Shown: positions 40,392 through 52,461 of the stretch, in pieces
Layout: each line of letters begins with the position of its first letter
Numbering within the stretch: position 1 is the stretch's first letter
From: Escherichia coli
GTDB taxonomy: Bacteria > Pseudomonadota > Gammaproteobacteria > Enterobacterales > Enterobacteriaceae
NCBI RefSeq assembly: GCF_016026235.1
Contig: NZ_CP065613.1
Strand: one strand, 5' to 3'
Length of the DNA stretch: 64,000 nucleotides
The notes under the pieces: generated by a model
Told to the model about the DNA's origin: nothing
Databases searched by the model: none
Seen by the model: the letters and a program-made list of their open reading frames with translations, nothing else
Position numbers and translations under genes: made by a program

Positions 40392-41495
40392 TTATTCCCA
40401 CTCTTGCAGGAAACGCTGACCGTACTGGTCAGCTACCAGCAGTGCGGCGTAAACCTGATCTGGCGTCGCGCCGCCAGGCATGTTGTGGATGGTTTCACCT
40501 TCTGCACAAGATGCTTTTGCAACAATGCGCATTTTCGCCGGGACATCTTCTTTAATATCCAGTTGAGCGAGAGTTATTGGCAAACCTACCGCATGGCTAA
40601 GTGCAGCTACGGTTTCGATTTCCTCCACCGGCGCGTTTTCCAGTACCAGCTGCGTCAGCGTACCAAATGCCACTTTTTCACCGTGATAATAGTGATGCGC
40701 GTCCGGGATAGCGGTCAGGCCGTTATGCACCGCGTGAGCCGCCGCCAGCCCGCCGCTTTCAAAACCAACGCCGCTCAAATAGGTGTTCGCTTCAATCACG
40801 CGCTCCAGCGCCGGGGTTACTACATGCTGTTCGGCGGCAAGCATCGCTTTTTCGCCTTCTTCCAGCAGGGTGTTGTAGCACAGTTCAGCCAGTGCCAGCG
40901 CCGCCTGGGTGCACTTGCCGCCCGCCATGGTGGTCGCGCCGCTACGAGAGCAAGCACGCGCTTCAAACCAGGTTGCCAGCGCATCGCCGATACCCGCTGC
41001 TAACAGACGTGCAGGTGCGCCCGCGACGATTTTGGTGTCGACAATGACCATATTCGGGTTATTTGGCAACAGCAGATAGCGGTCAAACTCACCCTCATCG
41101 GTGTAGATAACAGACAATGCGCTGCACGGTGCATCGGTAGAGGCGATAGTCGGTGCGATCGCTACCGGAACACCCATGAAATGTGCCAGTGCTTTGGCAG
41201 TATCGAGGGTTTTTCCGCCACCGATACCGAGAATTGCGCCACACTGCGCAGTCTCCGCGATGCCACGCAGACGGTCGATCTCATTTTGCGAACATTCACC
41301 GCCAAACGGCGCAATTTCTACTACCAGTCCAGCATCTTTAAAGCTTTTCTCGACAGTGGATTGAGCAAAACCTAAAACAAATTTGTCACCTACCACTAAC
41401 CAGCGTTCTGCCAGCGGCTTCAGGTATTCGCCCAGACGATTAATCACATCAGCGCCCTGGATGTATTTACCCGGTGATTGAATAATGCGGTCCAT
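40392..41495 (-). CDS. gldA: Glycerol dehydrogenase
   Basis: ORF track 40392..41534; start at ATG 41495 ([28 protein letters not shown]...) giving 367 aa. Confidence 0.95.
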   Translation of the reverse strand: MDRIIQSPGKYIQGADVINRLGEYLKPLAERWLVVGDKFVLGFAQSTVEKSFKDAGLVVEIAPFGGECSQNEIDRLRGIAETAQCGAILGIGGGKTLDTAKALAHFMGVPVAIAPTIASTDAPCSALSVIYTDEGEFDRYLLLPNNPNMVIVDTKIVAGAPARLLAAGIGDALATWFEARACSRSGATTMAGGKCTQAALALAELCYNTLLEEGEKAMLAAEQHVVTPALERVIEANTYLSGVGFESGGLAAAHAVHNGLTAIPDAHHYYHGEKVAFGTLTQLVLENAPVEEIETVAALSHAVGLPITLAQLDIKEDVPAKMRIVAKASCAEGETIHNMPGGATPDQVYAALLVADQYGQRFLQEWE

Positions 41496-41505
41496 AATTG
41501 CTCCT

Positions 41506-42168
41506 TTAGAGATGAGTAGTGCCAAATGCGGCATTCCAGTCGTGTTCGAACTTCTCTATAGCTGACTCTACCGCAGGGGTGTTGAGCATTTGTTGCGCTA
41601 CATCTAAGGGCAGGGTGATGGATTCACATCCTGCCAGTAAACAGTCCAGCGCCTGACGCGGCGTTTTAAAGCTGGCTGCCAGCACCATGCTTTCTGGCGC
41701 GTGCATTTCTAACAGCGCTTGCAGCTCCTGAACCGTACGAATGCCGTCTCCGCCCTGGGCATCTACGCGGTTAACATACGGAGCAACGTATTTTGCCCCT
41801 GCCAGCGCGGCCAGTAACCCTTGTGCAGCACTGTACACTGCGGTGCCAAGCGTAGTAATACCCTCTTTTTTCAGCATCTTAATGGCGGCCAGACCTTCGG
41901 AAGTCACCGGGATTTTCACCACAATGCCCAGAATGGCATCACGCAGACGCTTCGCTTCTTCCACCATCCCCTGCGCGTCGCGGCTCATAGTCTGAGCAAA
42001 CAGAATGCCCTCATCACCAATCGTTTTTTGCAGACGCGGCAGCACTTCCCAGATGGACTCCTTGCTGGCAGCGATAATGCTCGGGTTAGTTGTCACCCCG
42101 GCAATCGGGAATATGCGTGCCAGACGTTCGACTTCTGCGACGTTAGCGGTGTCCAGATACAGTTCCAT
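41506..42168 (-). CDS. fsaB: Fructose-6-phosphate aldolase 2
   Basis: 220-aa ORF ([31 protein letters not shown]...). Confidence 0.95.
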   Translation of the reverse strand: MELYLDTANVAEVERLARIFPIAGVTTNPSIIAASKESIWEVLPRLQKTIGDEGILFAQTMSRDAQGMVEEAKRLRDAILGIVVKIPVTSEGLAAIKMLKKEGITTLGTAVYSAAQGLLAALAGAKYVAPYVNRVDAQGGDGIRTVQELQALLEMHAPESMVLAASFKTPRQALDCLLAGCESITLPLDVAQQMLNTPAVESAIEKFEHDWNAAFGTTHL

Positions 42169-42179
42169 GATGTTTCCTT

Positions 42180-44681
42180 TTACAGTTCCAGTTCATGTTG
42201 CAGCAGGCTGGCGATAGCGTCGGCAGAGGCGGCGTTAACCAGCGCGTTACGGAATTCTTCGTGCATGATGCGACGAGCGAGGCGCGAGAAAATGCGCATA
42301 TGCTGATCGCCCGCAGCGTGTTTGTTCAGGGTTAACATAATGATGAATTGCGCTTCATCATCGCCCCAGCGCACTGGCGCTTGCAGGCGCGCTACACTGA
42401 TGGTGGATTGCTCAATGTGTTCTGATTTGCTGTGTGGAATGGCAAAACTAAAGCCCAGACCGGTAGAGAAAACGGCCTCGCGCGCCCACAAGTCGGCTTC
42501 CAGTTTACGCGGATAGCGGCAGCGCCCTGCCAGCAGCAGGTTATCGGTCATGCCTTTGAGCACTTCTTCTTTGCTGCGCCAGTCGCTTTCCAGCGTGATG
42601 CACTCGGCGGTGACCAGTGGTGCGTCCTGTTGGGTCATGCGGAATTGCGCCAGCAGGTGTTCCACTTCCAGCGAAGTACGGCAGGCCATTGCCTGGTTGA
42701 GCAACTTGCGGCACTCACGGCTATCAAGTTGCGCCATCCGCGCTTTCGCCGCCGGAATTGATGGTGCGCTCATGCTGAGTTCATCCAGCCCTAAGCCGAC
42801 CAGCAACGGCAGCACGGAACCTTTCGCTCCCAGCTCACCGCACAGACCAATCCATTTGCCTTGGCGATGCACCGCTTGCACGGCGTAATCGAGCGCCCGC
42901 AAGAATGCCGGATTCAGGCTGTTGTAGTGACGAGTAACCTTAGCGTTATCGCGATCCACTGCCAGCAGATATTGCGTCAGGTCATTACTACCAATACTAA
43001 AGAAATCAATCTCTTCGCAGCATTGATCGATGATGAACATCACCGACGGCACTTCCAGCATGATGCCGAGCTGGATCTTCTCATCAAACGGAATGTGTTC
43101 GTTACGTAGTTGCTGTTTGGCTTCCGCCAGTTTTTCTTTCACCCATAAGATCTCTTCCATTGAAGAGATCATCGGGATCATGATTTTCAGGCTGCCGTGA
43201 GCGGAGGCACGGAGGATCGACCGTAGTTGTGTGGTAAATAACGACGCGTACTCTTCATAAATACGCACAGCGCGATAACCGAGGAACGGGTTAGCTTCTG
43301 CCGGAATGTTCAGATAATCAACGGGTTTGTCGCCGCCAATGTCCATAGTGCGCACAATAATGCTGCGTCCGTTGGCAGACTCCAGCGCCTGACAAAAAAT
43401 GTTGTACAGCTCGCTTTCGCCCGGTGCACTGGTGCGATCCATATAGAGCATTTCAGTGCGGAACAAACCAACGCCTTCCGCACCGTTGCCGAATGCGGCC
43501 TGCGCTTCCACGGAGTGAGCGATGTTAGCGGCAATTTCAATGCGGATACCGTCAGCGGTACGGGCTTGTTGGGTCAGCCAGACACGCTGTTGCTCACGCA
43601 GGGCGTCCTGTACGCGGGCTTCTTGCTGATAATAACGAGCTACGGCTTCTCCTGGCTCAACCACAATCGCCCCGGCGTTGCCGTCGATATAAATCGTTTG
43701 ATGCTGCCACGGAGTAAGGGCATCAATATCTACACCAACCAGTGTCGGAATGTTGAACGAACGGGCAAGAATTACGGTATGTGAGGTGGTGCCGCCACTT
43801 TTCAGTAACAGACCTTTGAGGTGATTTTTATCCAGTTCGAGGAACTGGCTGGGGGTTAGTTCATCAGCCATACAAATGGCGGGCTGCGTCAGTTTGCCCG
43901 GTGCCGGGAAGCGTTGCTCACCGTAGATTTGCTGAAGCAGCTGGAAGCAGACATCGCGTACGTCCAGGGCACGTTCTTGCAGGTAGCTGCTGCTGGAACG
44001 GGAAAACTCTTCACAAAAGTGATTCGCACTGGCGACAATCGCTTCGGCGCAGCTTAATCCGGCGCTGACGCCTGCCAGTAAATGTTCGTGCAGGGAAGTA
44101 TCGCCAGCCAGGGATCGGTGCGCTTCCAGAATCGCGCTGGTGGCACCGTCGCTATCCAGCAGACGAAACTCAATGTTTTTCAGTACCAGCGTCAGGCCGT
44201 TTTCCAGTGCGGATTGCTCGGCGTCAACGTCTTTGGCTGCGGGAAGATTACCCAGCGCATTGAGATCTAAAGAAGAGATCGGCGTCAGAATGCCACCTGC
44301 GCTACCGCTGCACACGGTGCGGGCGCGAATAATGCGCGGATTCAAATTAGTGAGTGAAACCGGTAGCGGCTCCAGTTCGTCAGATTTTACTTCCGCCAGC
44401 GGTGCGTCGCAGTGGGGAAATTCATCGCGCAGCCATTGGCTTAAACGCTGGTGCGCTTCCTGTTCGTCGGCCCCGGAAATCAGTAACTGGCAGTTATCGC
44501 CCGCCAGCGTGTCGGTGCCAATCAGCGCAAGGGCGCTTTTGGCGTTGCCCTTGCGGTCAGTGCGCAGGTTATGCCACTCAATTTGTGATGAAAAAGTATT
44601 ACACAGCGTTTCAACGTGGCTTGCCGGACGTGCATGTACGCCGTTAGGTAGCTCACAAATAAATTCCACAATCAGGGCCAT
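42180..44681 (-). CDS. ptsA: Multiphosphoryl transfer protein (EI-HPr-EIIA fusion) of the frw PTS
   Basis: 833-aa ORF with HPr-like N-terminus and Enzyme I-like PEP-utilising domain. Confidence 0.92.
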   Translation of the reverse strand: MALIVEFICELPNGVHARPASHVETLCNTFSSQIEWHNLRTDRKGNAKSALALIGTDTLAGDNCQLLISGADEQEAHQRLSQWLRDEFPHCDAPLAEVKSDELEPLPVSLTNLNPRIIRARTVCSGSAGGILTPISSLDLNALGNLPAAKDVDAEQSALENGLTLVLKNIEFRLLDSDGATSAILEAHRSLAGDTSLHEHLLAGVSAGLSCAEAIVASANHFCEEFSRSSSSYLQERALDVRDVCFQLLQQIYGEQRFPAPGKLTQPAICMADELTPSQFLELDKNHLKGLLLKSGGTTSHTVILARSFNIPTLVGVDIDALTPWQHQTIYIDGNAGAIVVEPGEAVARYYQQEARVQDALREQQRVWLTQQARTADGIRIEIAANIAHSVEAQAAFGNGAEGVGLFRTEMLYMDRTSAPGESELYNIFCQALESANGRSIIVRTMDIGGDKPVDYLNIPAEANPFLGYRAVRIYEEYASLFTTQLRSILRASAHGSLKIMIPMISSMEEILWVKEKLAEAKQQLRNEHIPFDEKIQLGIMLEVPSVMFIIDQCCEEIDFFSIGSNDLTQYLLAVDRDNAKVTRHYNSLNPAFLRALDYAVQAVHRQGKWIGLCGELGAKGSVLPLLVGLGLDELSMSAPSIPAAKARMAQLDSRECRKLLNQAMACRTSLEVEHLLAQFRMTQQDAPLVTAECITLESDWRSKEEVLKGMTDNLLLAGRCRYPRKLEADLWAREAVFSTGLGFSFAIPHSKSEHIEQSTISVARLQAPVRWGDDEAQFIIMLTLNKHAAGDQHMRIFSRLARRIMHEEFRNALVNAASADAIASLLQHELEL

Positions 44682-44989
44682 TGCCTCTCTCCCGGTACGG
44701 TTTTCTGTTTACAGGATAAGAGCGCACGGCAACGGCCTGCCATGTGACAAATCTGCCAAAAGCTGGACAAATGTAATGTAACCGTCAATTTGCGACGCGT
44801 CTCACAAGACGCCGTTTTGCGGCATGCTTCCGGATTATCGCAAGTTATGAGGCGGATCGCATTTTTGTACTGATATTACAAAAGTCCAGTAAATGGCCTT
44901 TTTATCCACTGTTTGCTCCGCCTGCGATTGCCTATTGTTTCCTCCATCAAAAATATGGACATGGGCTTTCGCAAGCCCGGGAGCAGCTT

Positions 44990-46069
44990 ATGAATGAGTT
45001 GGTGCAGATCCTGAAAAATACCCGTCAGCATTTAATGACGGGCGTTTCACACATGATTCCCTTCGTGGTATCGGGCGGTATTTTGCTGGCGGTTTCCGTC
45101 ATGTTGTATGGCAAAGGCGCAGTGCCGGATGCCGTCGCCGATCCGAATCTGAAAAAACTGTTTGATATCGGCGTTGCAGGTTTGACGCTGATGGTGCCTT
45201 TCCTCGCCGCTTACATCGGTTACTCCATTGCAGAGCGTTCTGCGCTGGCCCCGTGCGCTATCGGTGCCTGGGTTGGTAACAGCTTTGGTGCGGGCTTCTT
45301 TGGTGCGCTGATCGCCGGGATTATTGGCGGCATCGTGGTGCATTACCTGAAGAAAATTCCGGTGCATAAAGTTCTGCGCTCGGTGATGCCTATCTTCATC
45401 ATTCCTATCATCGGCACACTGATTACCGCAGGCATCATGATGTGGGGCTTGGGCGAGCCTGTAGGGGCGTTGACCAACAGCCTGACTCAGTGGCTTCAGG
45501 GGATGCAGCAGGGCAGCATTGTTATGCTGGCGGTGATCATGGGTCTGATGCTGGCGTTCGATATGGGCGGTCCGGTTAACAAAGTGGCCTATGCCTTCAT
45601 GCTGATTTGCGTTGCTCAGGGTGTTTATACCGTGGTGGCCATTGCTGCCGTGGGTATTTGTATCCCGCCGCTGGGGATGGGGCTGGCGACGCTGATTGGT
45701 CGTAAAAATTTCTCCGCAGAAGAGCGCGAAACCGGTAAAGCGGCGCTGGTGATGGGGTGCGTTGGGGTTACTGAAGGGGCGATTCCTTTCGCCGCTGCCG
45801 ATCCGTTACGTGTAATTCCTTCCATCATGGTTGGTTCAGTTTGTGGTGCAGTAACTGCGGCGCTGGTCGGTGCGCAGTGCTATGCAGGCTGGGGTGGTCT
45901 GATTGTGCTGCCGGTGGTTGAAGGTAAGTTGGGTTATATCGCAGCAGTGGCTGTCGGGGCGGTTGTGACGGCAGTCTGCGTGAACGTGCTGAAAAGTCTG
46001 GCGCGTAAAAATGGGTCTTCGACTGATGAGAAGGAAGACGACCTGGATCTGGATTTTGAAATTAATTAA
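44990..46069 (+). CDS. frwC: Fructose-like PTS EIIC component
   Basis: 359-aa polytopic ORF. Confidence 0.92.
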   Translation: MNELVQILKNTRQHLMTGVSHMIPFVVSGGILLAVSVMLYGKGAVPDAVADPNLKKLFDIGVAGLTLMVPFLAAYIGYSIAERSALAPCAIGAWVGNSFGAGFFGALIAGIIGGIVVHYLKKIPVHKVLRSVMPIFIIPIIGTLITAGIMMWGLGEPVGALTNSLTQWLQGMQQGSIVMLAVIMGLMLAFDMGGPVNKVAYAFMLICVAQGVYTVVAIAAVGICIPPLGMGLATLIGRKNFSAEERETGKAALVMGCVGVTEGAIPFAAADPLRVIPSIMVGSVCGAVTAALVGAQCYAGWGGLIVLPVVEGKLGYIAAVAVGAVVTAVCVNVLKSLARKNGSSTDEKEDDLDLDFEIN

Positions 46070-46083
46070 TTGAGGAACGAGCC

Positions 46084-46404
46084 ATGACGAAAATTATTGC
46101 AGTAACCGCATGTCCATCTGGTGTTGCCCATACCTATATGGCGGCAGAGGCGCTGGAAAGTGCCGCAAAAGCGAAAGGCTGGGAAGTGGAAGTAGAAACC
46201 CAGGGCTCGATTGGTCTGGAAAACGAACTGACTGCGGAAGATGTGGCGAGCGCCGATATGGTGATTCTGACCAAAGATATCGGCATCAAGTTTGAAGAGC
46301 GTTTTGCTGGCAAGACCATTGTGCGCGTCAACATCAGCGACGCGGTAAAACGCGCTGACGCCATTATGAGCAAAATTGAAGCTCACCTGGCGCAAACCGC
46401 TTAA
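46084..46404 (+). CDS. frwB: Fructose-like PTS EIIB component
   Basis: 106-aa ORF (MTKIIAVTACPSGVAHTYMAAEALE...). Confidence 0.92.
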   Translation: MTKIIAVTACPSGVAHTYMAAEALESAAKAKGWEVEVETQGSIGLENELTAEDVASADMVILTKDIGIKFEERFAGKTIVRVNISDAVKRADAIMSKIEAHLAQTA

Positions 46405-46454
46405 GTTCTTCTCCCGCTCGCAAGGGCGGGTTCGCTTTCCCACAGGAGTTCCTC

Positions 46455-48306
46455 ATGACGAATCGTATCTCTCGCCTCAAAACTGCACTGTTTGCCAATA
46501 CCCGTGAAATCTCGCTGGAGCGGGCGCTGCTTTATACCGCCAGCCATCGGCAAACCGAAGGCGAACCGGTGATATTGCGCCGGGCGAAAGCAACAGCGTA
46601 TATCCTTGAACATGTTGAAATTTCGATTCGTGATGAAGAACTGATTGCCGGTAACCGCACCGTAAAACCGCGCGCCGGGATTATGTCGCCGGAAATGGAC
46701 CCTTACTGGCTGCTGAAAGAGCTGGATCAATTCCCGACGCGTCCGCAGGACCGCTTTGCTATCAGCGAAGAAGATAAACGTATCTACCGTGAAGAGTTGT
46801 TCCCGTACTGGGAAAAACGTTCGATGAAAGATTTCATCAACGGGCAGATGACAGATGAAGTAAAAGCCGCGACCAACACGCAGATTTTCAGCATCAACCA
46901 GACGGATAAAGGCCAGGGGCACATTATTATTGATTACCCACGCCTGTTGAATCACGGTCTGGGTGAGCTGGTGGCACAGATGCAGCAACATTGTCAGCAA
47001 CAGCCGGAGAATCACTTTTATCAGGCCGCGTTGTTACTGCTGGAAGCCTCGCAGAAACACATTTTGCGTTACGCCGAACTGGCGGAAACGATGGCGGCAA
47101 ACTGCACAGATGCCCAGCGTCGCGAAGAACTGCTGACTATTGCGGAGATCTCTCGCCATAACGCCGAACATAAGCCGCAGACGTTCTGGCAGGCGTGCCA
47201 GTTATTCTGGTACATGAACATCATTCTGCAATACGAATCCAACGCCAGTTCGCTATCGCTGGGGCGCTTCGACCAGTATATGTTGCCGTTCTATCAGGCA
47301 TCATTAACCCAGGGCGAAGATCCGGCGTTCCTGAAAGAACTGCTCGAATCTTTATGGGTGAAATGCAACGACATCGTGCTGTTGCGCTCCACCAGCAGCG
47401 CGCGTTATTTCGCAGGTTTCCCGACCGGCTATACCGCACTGCTCGGCGGGTTAACCGAGAACGGACGTAGCGCGGTGAACGTGCTTTCGTTCCTTTGCCT
47501 TGATTATCAGCGATTGTCTGGAAAAAGGTCGCGATATTACCGATGGCGGCGCGCGTTATAACTTCTCCGGCGTACAGGGGATCGGTATCGCCAACCTGAG
47601 CGATTCTCTCCATGCGTTGAAAGGGATGGTTTTTGAGCAACAGCGTTTAAGTTTTGACGAATTGCTGTCGGTATTAAAAGCCAACTTTGCAACGCCAGAA
47701 GGCGAAAAAGTCCGTGCTCGCTTAATTAACCGCTTCGAGAAATACGGTAACGATATCGACGAGGTGGATAACATCAGCGCCGAACTGTTACGCCACTACT
47801 GCAAAGAAGTGGAAAAATACCAGAACCCGCGCGGCGGTTACTTCACGCCGGGATCGTATACCGTTTCTGCTCACGTCCCGTTGGGATCGGTGGTTGGCGC
47901 GACGCCAGACGGTCGTTTTGCCGGGGAACAACTGGCAGACGGCGGCTTGTCACCTATGCTGGGCCAGGACGCACAAGGGCCAACAGCGGTACTGAAGTCA
48001 GTCAGTAAGCTCGATAATACGCTGCTGTCTAACGGTACGTTGCTGAACGTGAAATTCACTCCGGCGACCCTGGAAGGTGAAGCGGGATTACGCAAACTGG
48101 CCGACTTCTTACGGGCGTTTACCCAGCTTAAGTTGCAGCATATTCAGTTTAACGTGGTGAACGCCGACACGTTGCGGGAAGCGCAACAGCGCCCACAAGA
48201 TTATGCCGGGCTGGTGGTGCGCGTTGCCGGATACAGCGCCTTCTTTGTCGAACTGTCGAAGGAGATCCAGGATGACATCATCCGCCGGACAGCGCATCAG
48301 CTGTAA
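46455..48306 (+). pseudogene. pflD: pflD (glycyl-radical formate acetyltransferase 2 homologue) disrupted by an internal deletion and frameshift
   Basis: N-terminal 350 aa read in frame 0 to ...NVLSFLCLD, then switch to frame +1 at about 47505 (ISDCLEKGRD...) through the glycyl-radical motif RVAGYSAFF to the normal stop; total 1852 bp versus about 2298 bp expected for the 765-aa protein. Confidence 0.75.
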
Positions 48307-49150
48307 CGTTGTGGAAACGCGCCGCGATGATGTGGCGCGCATTTTCAACATTCAGCGTTATTCACTGAATGACGGCGAGGGCATTCGTACGGTGGTCTTT
48401 TTTAAAGGCTGTCCGCATCTTTGCCCGTGGTGTGCTAATCCGGAGTCGATCTCCGGCAAAATCCAGACGGTACGCAGAGAGGCGAAATGTCTGCACTGTG
48501 CGAAATGTTTGCGTGATGCGGATGAATGCCCCTCCGGGGCGTTTGAACGGATTGGTCGCGATATCAGCCTTGACGCGCTGGAACGGGAAGTGATGAAAGA
48601 TGACATTTTCTTTCGCACGTCCGGCGGCGGCGTCACGCTTTCTGGCGGCGAAGTGTTAATGCAGGCGGAGTTTGCTACCCGTTTTTTACAGCGACTGCGG
48701 CTGTGGGATGTCTCATGTGCCATTGAAACTGCCGGAGACGCACCAGCCAGCAAGCTGTTACCGCTGGCGAAATTGTGCGATGAAGTGTTGTTCGATTTAA
48801 AAATTATGGACGCGACTCAGGCGCGGGATGTGGTGAAGATGAACCTGCCACGCGTACTGGAGAACCTGCGTTTGCTGGTGAGTGAGGGTGTCAACGTGAT
48901 CCCGCGTTTGCCGCTGATCCCCGGTTTCACACTCAGCCGGGAGAATATGCAGCAGGCGCTGGACGTGCTGATCCCGCTGAATATCAGGCAGATCCATCTG
49001 TTGCCGTTTCATCAGTACGGCGAGCCGAAATACCGCCTGCTGGGGAAAACATGGTCGATGAAAGAGGTGCCTGCGCCGTCGTCAGCCGATGTGACAACGA
49101 TGCGCGAAATGGCAGAACGGGCCGGATTTCAGGTTACCGTGGGAGGTTAA
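48272..49150 (+). CDS. pflC: Glycyl-radical enzyme activating protein (radical SAM)
   Basis: ORF track 48203..49150; start at ATG 48272 (MTSSAGQRISCNVVETRR...) giving 292 aa; CxxxCxxC cluster motif; overlaps pflD 3' end by 35 bp. Confidence 0.93.
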   Translation: MTSSAGQRISCNVVETRRDDVARIFNIQRYSLNDGEGIRTVVFFKGCPHLCPWCANPESISGKIQTVRREAKCLHCAKCLRDADECPSGAFERIGRDISLDALEREVMKDDIFFRTSGGGVTLSGGEVLMQAEFATRFLQRLRLWDVSCAIETAGDAPASKLLPLAKLCDEVLFDLKIMDATQARDVVKMNLPRVLENLRLLVSEGVNVIPRLPLIPGFTLSRENMQQALDVLIPLNIRQIHLLPFHQYGEPKYRLLGKTWSMKEVPAPSSADVTTMREMAERAGFQVTVGG

Positions 49151-49151
49151 A

Positions 49152-49493
49152 ATGGCATACCTGGTGGCAGTAACCGCCTGCGTAAGCGGCGTGGCGCATA
49201 CTTATATGGCGGCGGAACGGCTGGAAAAGTTGTGCCAGTTAGAGAAGTGGGGCGTCAGCATTGAAACTCAGGGCGCGCTGGGAACGGAGAATCGTTTAGC
49301 GGACGAGGATATCCGTCGGGCGGATGTTGCTCTGTTGATTACGGATATCGAGCTTGCCGGTGCCGAGCGATTTGAACATTGCCGCTATGTGCAATGCAGC
49401 ATCTACGCATTCCTGCGTGAGCCGCAGCGGGTAATGAGCGCGGTGCGCAAAGTGCTTTCTGCGCCGCAGCAAACCCATCTTATTCTGGAGTAG
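49152..49493 (+). CDS. frwD: Fructose-like PTS EIIB component 2
   Basis: 113-aa ORF paralogous to frwB. Confidence 0.9.
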   Translation: MAYLVAVTACVSGVAHTYMAAERLEKLCQLEKWGVSIETQGALGTENRLADEDIRRADVALLITDIELAGAERFEHCRYVQCSIYAFLREPQRVMSAVRKVLSAPQQTHLILE

Positions 49494-50331
49494 TCGGTTT
49501 TTCTGTCAGTTGGCTGTGGTACTGCCGGCGATATTCCGACGGCGAGCGTTCGGTGTTTTTACGAAACAGACGGCAGAAGTAGTTGCTGTCGACAAAGCCG
49601 CAGGCGTGCGCCACTTCTTTTACCTTCAGGTCATAGCCTTTCAATAACGTCTTAGCGTGCTCCAGTCGCGTGTGATTCAGGTATTCGTTAAAACCAATGG
49701 CCCCCGTTTTTTGAAACAGGTGCGAGAGATAGTTTGGTGAAATATAGAATGCCTGTGCGACAGATTCGCGGGTAAGCGCGGAGGCATAGCGTTCGTCGAT
49801 ATAATCGCGAATAGCTTCAAATAGTGCCTGGCTGCGTGAGGCGGTCTGGATTTGGCTGCCGAGCAAATCGCGGCAGTGGCTAATCAGGCTGGCTACGATA
49901 AGCCTTGCCGTTTGCTGCTCCTGCGGCTGCATTTGCATTTCATTGAGCGTTTGTAGCAGAAAAGAACCTATACGTGGGCCGCGTCGGGCGACGTGTTGCT
50001 TCGCCAGATTTTGATATTGTTTGCCATCCCATTGCACGACGCTGAAGCCGAGTTGCTGTTTGCCAAACAGCACGCTAAAGGTGGTAGCGGGTGTTTTCCA
50101 TTGTGGGAAATTCCAGCCACCAGCGGCAACGTACAGCACATCGCCGGGAACTAACGTTGCTCCAGCGCCGGTATCAACAAACTCACCTTCCAGCACAATT
50201 TCCAGCCGTGGAAAATCGACCTGATACGCAAGATCGGGCACCGGGCCGTTACTGCTGGCAAAGTAAATCTGGCGCAGGGACAGCGGGCCGTTGATCAGGC
50301 GGGAGAGCAGATAGCTGACGTCGTGATACAT
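49480..50331 (-). CDS. yijO: AraC-family transcriptional regulator YijO
   Basis: 283-aa ORF with C-terminal AraC HTH. Confidence 0.9.
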   Translation of the reverse strand: MYHDVSYLLSRLINGPLSLRQIYFASSNGPVPDLAYQVDFPRLEIVLEGEFVDTGAGATLVPGDVLYVAAGGWNFPQWKTPATTFSVLFGKQQLGFSVVQWDGKQYQNLAKQHVARRGPRIGSFLLQTLNEMQMQPQEQQTARLIVASLISHCRDLLGSQIQTASRSQALFEAIRDYIDERYASALTRESVAQAFYISPNYLSHLFQKTGAIGFNEYLNHTRLEHAKTLLKGYDLKVKEVAHACGFVDSNYFCRLFRKNTERSPSEYRRQYHSQLTEKPTTPE

Positions 50332-50443
50332 GTTATTCCCTTAGGTATGTAGACGGGAAAACAGTAACTGGCATTATTAAAAAAGGCCACCTGAAAAGTG
50401 TGGCCTGAGGGGAGTTCGATGTAAACATTGCGGCAGTTGTATT

Positions 50444-50525
50444 GCCGGATGTGGCGTAAACGCCTTATCCAGTCTACCGCCGCGATCTGTAGGCCGGATA
50501 AGACGCGTCAAGCGTCGCATCCGGC
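50444..50525. repeat. BIME: two inverted REP elements
   Basis: gccggatgtggcgtaaacgccttatccagtctac ... gtaggccggataagacgcgtcaagcgtcgcatccggc. Confidence 0.85.
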
Positions 50526-50545
50526 AAATAGCGCCTGGCTGATAA

Positions 50546-52279
50546 TTACTGATTACCTACCTGGTCGCCATACGGCAGTGTGTCGTAATCGATCAGCGCG
50601 TTTTTCTTGTACGGGTTACCAATCCAGCGGGTAGTTTCTTTGAACTGCGGATTCACCACTGAACGGGTTGGATCGTAACCGTCGTAAGATAAGCCTGCTA
50701 AATCTGACCAGGTGTGGATCAGTTCCGCAAGGCTGTATTTACGATCAACATCCTGCGAGAAATCACGCGGATGAGTCGCTTGCCATTTTTCTGACGTCCA
50801 CAGCAGGAACGGAATGGTGTACATATGACGCGTCGGGTTGTCCTCATTACGCCCCTGGGTTTTATGAGGCGGCGTGTCGTAAACCTCTTCACCGTGGTCA
50901 GAGAAGTAAACCAGGAAACCGTTCGGGTCTGCTGCTTTAAAGTCTTTAATCAGGCTGGCAACCACATGATCGTTATACAGGTTAGCGTTGTCATAATCGT
51001 TATATGACTCCAGCTCTTCCGCGTTTAATCCCGGCGGAACATGATCGGTATTGCCATCAAACTTGCCCTGATTTTCCGGGTAGCGGTATTTGTATTTGAT
51101 ATGCGTACCCAGCAGATGAACAATGATCAGTTTCTTCGGCGCAGGGTCCTTCAGCACTTCCTGGAACGGCTTCAGCACGTTAGTGTCGTATTCACGCGCA
51201 CTCTGCGTACGTTGCTGGTTCATGTAGTACTGCTTGTCGGTCTGGCGCGAAAATACCGTCAGCATGGTATTGCGGGCGGTCATCGTCTGCTGGTTGGTGA
51301 TCCAGAAGGTTTTATAACCCGCCTGTTTCATCATGTTCATCAGCGACGGCTGCGTCAGATACAGATCTGGGTTCTTTTCATTGGCAAAGGTCAGCGCCTG
51401 TTGCAGGATTTCAATGGTGTACGGACGAGACGTAACTACGTTATTAAACACGGTTAGATTCGGATCGGTTTTATGCAGCGCATCCAGCTCCGGCGTGGTT
51501 TCACGCGGATAACCGTACAGACTCATGCGTCCACGCTGGGTTGACTCGCCAATCACCAGCACTAAGGTGCGCGGTTCGTTACCCGATTCATCTTTGAAAT
51601 TAGCCAGCGGCGGCAAGGCATTATTTTCATTCAGTAGCTTTGTTAGCGAGTTTAGTTGCTGACGATACTGATAATAGCCGGTCAGGAATTGCCACGGTGC
51701 GGCAGGCTCCATACGCGAGGCCAGGTTATCCAACGTTTTCTCAAACGGCTTGTTTTTGATAAACGTATTCATGGCGATCGGATGCAGAATCAAGCCATAA
51801 AGCAGGGCAAAAGAGACAACATAACGCCACGGCTTTGGAATATAGACCGGGCGCAGGCGTGTCCACAGCAGAACTGCCACCGCCGTATAGGCCAGCGCGA
51901 TAAGCACAATTTTCAGGCTGAAATACTGGCTTAAATACTCGCTGGCTTCGTTGGTGTTGGTTTCGAACATCACAAACAGAACGCTCTGCGAGAACTCCTG
52001 ACCGTAGATGACGTAGTAGCACAGCGCCGCCAGAGAGGCCGCCCATAGCACCACGCCGATCACTGCGGCAATAATTTTGATCCGCTTCGGAAAGAGGAAT
52101 ACCGGAATTAACCACAGCGAGCTGAATAACAGCGAGTCGCGAATGCCGTTGGTGCCACTATAACCACTGATGTAAATAATGGCCTGTAGCAGAGTAGAGA
52201 AAAACCAAAAGTAGAGCAGTGCCCAACCCAGGGCTTTCCAGCTAAAAAGAGGTTTAGCCTGGACTTCTGTGGAATGCAT
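50546..52279 (-). CDS. eptC: Phosphoethanolamine transferase (LPS core modification)
   Basis: ORF track 50546..52324; start at ATG 52279 (MHSTEVQAKPLFSWKALGW...) giving 577 aa; TM N-terminus plus sulfatase-like domain. Confidence 0.93.
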   Translation of the reverse strand: MHSTEVQAKPLFSWKALGWALLYFWFFSTLLQAIIYISGYSGTNGIRDSLLFSSLWLIPVFLFPKRIKIIAAVIGVVLWAASLAALCYYVIYGQEFSQSVLFVMFETNTNEASEYLSQYFSLKIVLIALAYTAVAVLLWTRLRPVYIPKPWRYVVSFALLYGLILHPIAMNTFIKNKPFEKTLDNLASRMEPAAPWQFLTGYYQYRQQLNSLTKLLNENNALPPLANFKDESGNEPRTLVLVIGESTQRGRMSLYGYPRETTPELDALHKTDPNLTVFNNVVTSRPYTIEILQQALTFANEKNPDLYLTQPSLMNMMKQAGYKTFWITNQQTMTARNTMLTVFSRQTDKQYYMNQQRTQSAREYDTNVLKPFQEVLKDPAPKKLIIVHLLGTHIKYKYRYPENQGKFDGNTDHVPPGLNAEELESYNDYDNANLYNDHVVASLIKDFKAADPNGFLVYFSDHGEEVYDTPPHKTQGRNEDNPTRHMYTIPFLLWTSEKWQATHPRDFSQDVDRKYSLAELIHTWSDLAGLSYDGYDPTRSVVNPQFKETTRWIGNPYKKNALIDYDTLPYGDQVGNQ

Positions 52280-52461
52280 AGTAAGAACCTGTCTTGAAAA
52301 AAATATCGCCGAATGTACCGACAATTCCTTAAGGATATCTGAAGGGATATCCAGAATTTGAATAAAATGCAGACAGAAATATATTGAAAACGAGGGTGTT
52401 AGAACAGAAGTATTTCAGAAAACCCTCGCGCAAAAGCACGAGGGTTTGCAGGAGAGGAAGA

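Noticed and set aside
47500-47561. Programmed ribosomal frameshift in pflD
   Set aside because: The frame change coincides with a shortfall of about 446 bp relative to the expected gene length and no slippery heptamer or stimulatory structure is evident; a deletion is the simpler explanation.
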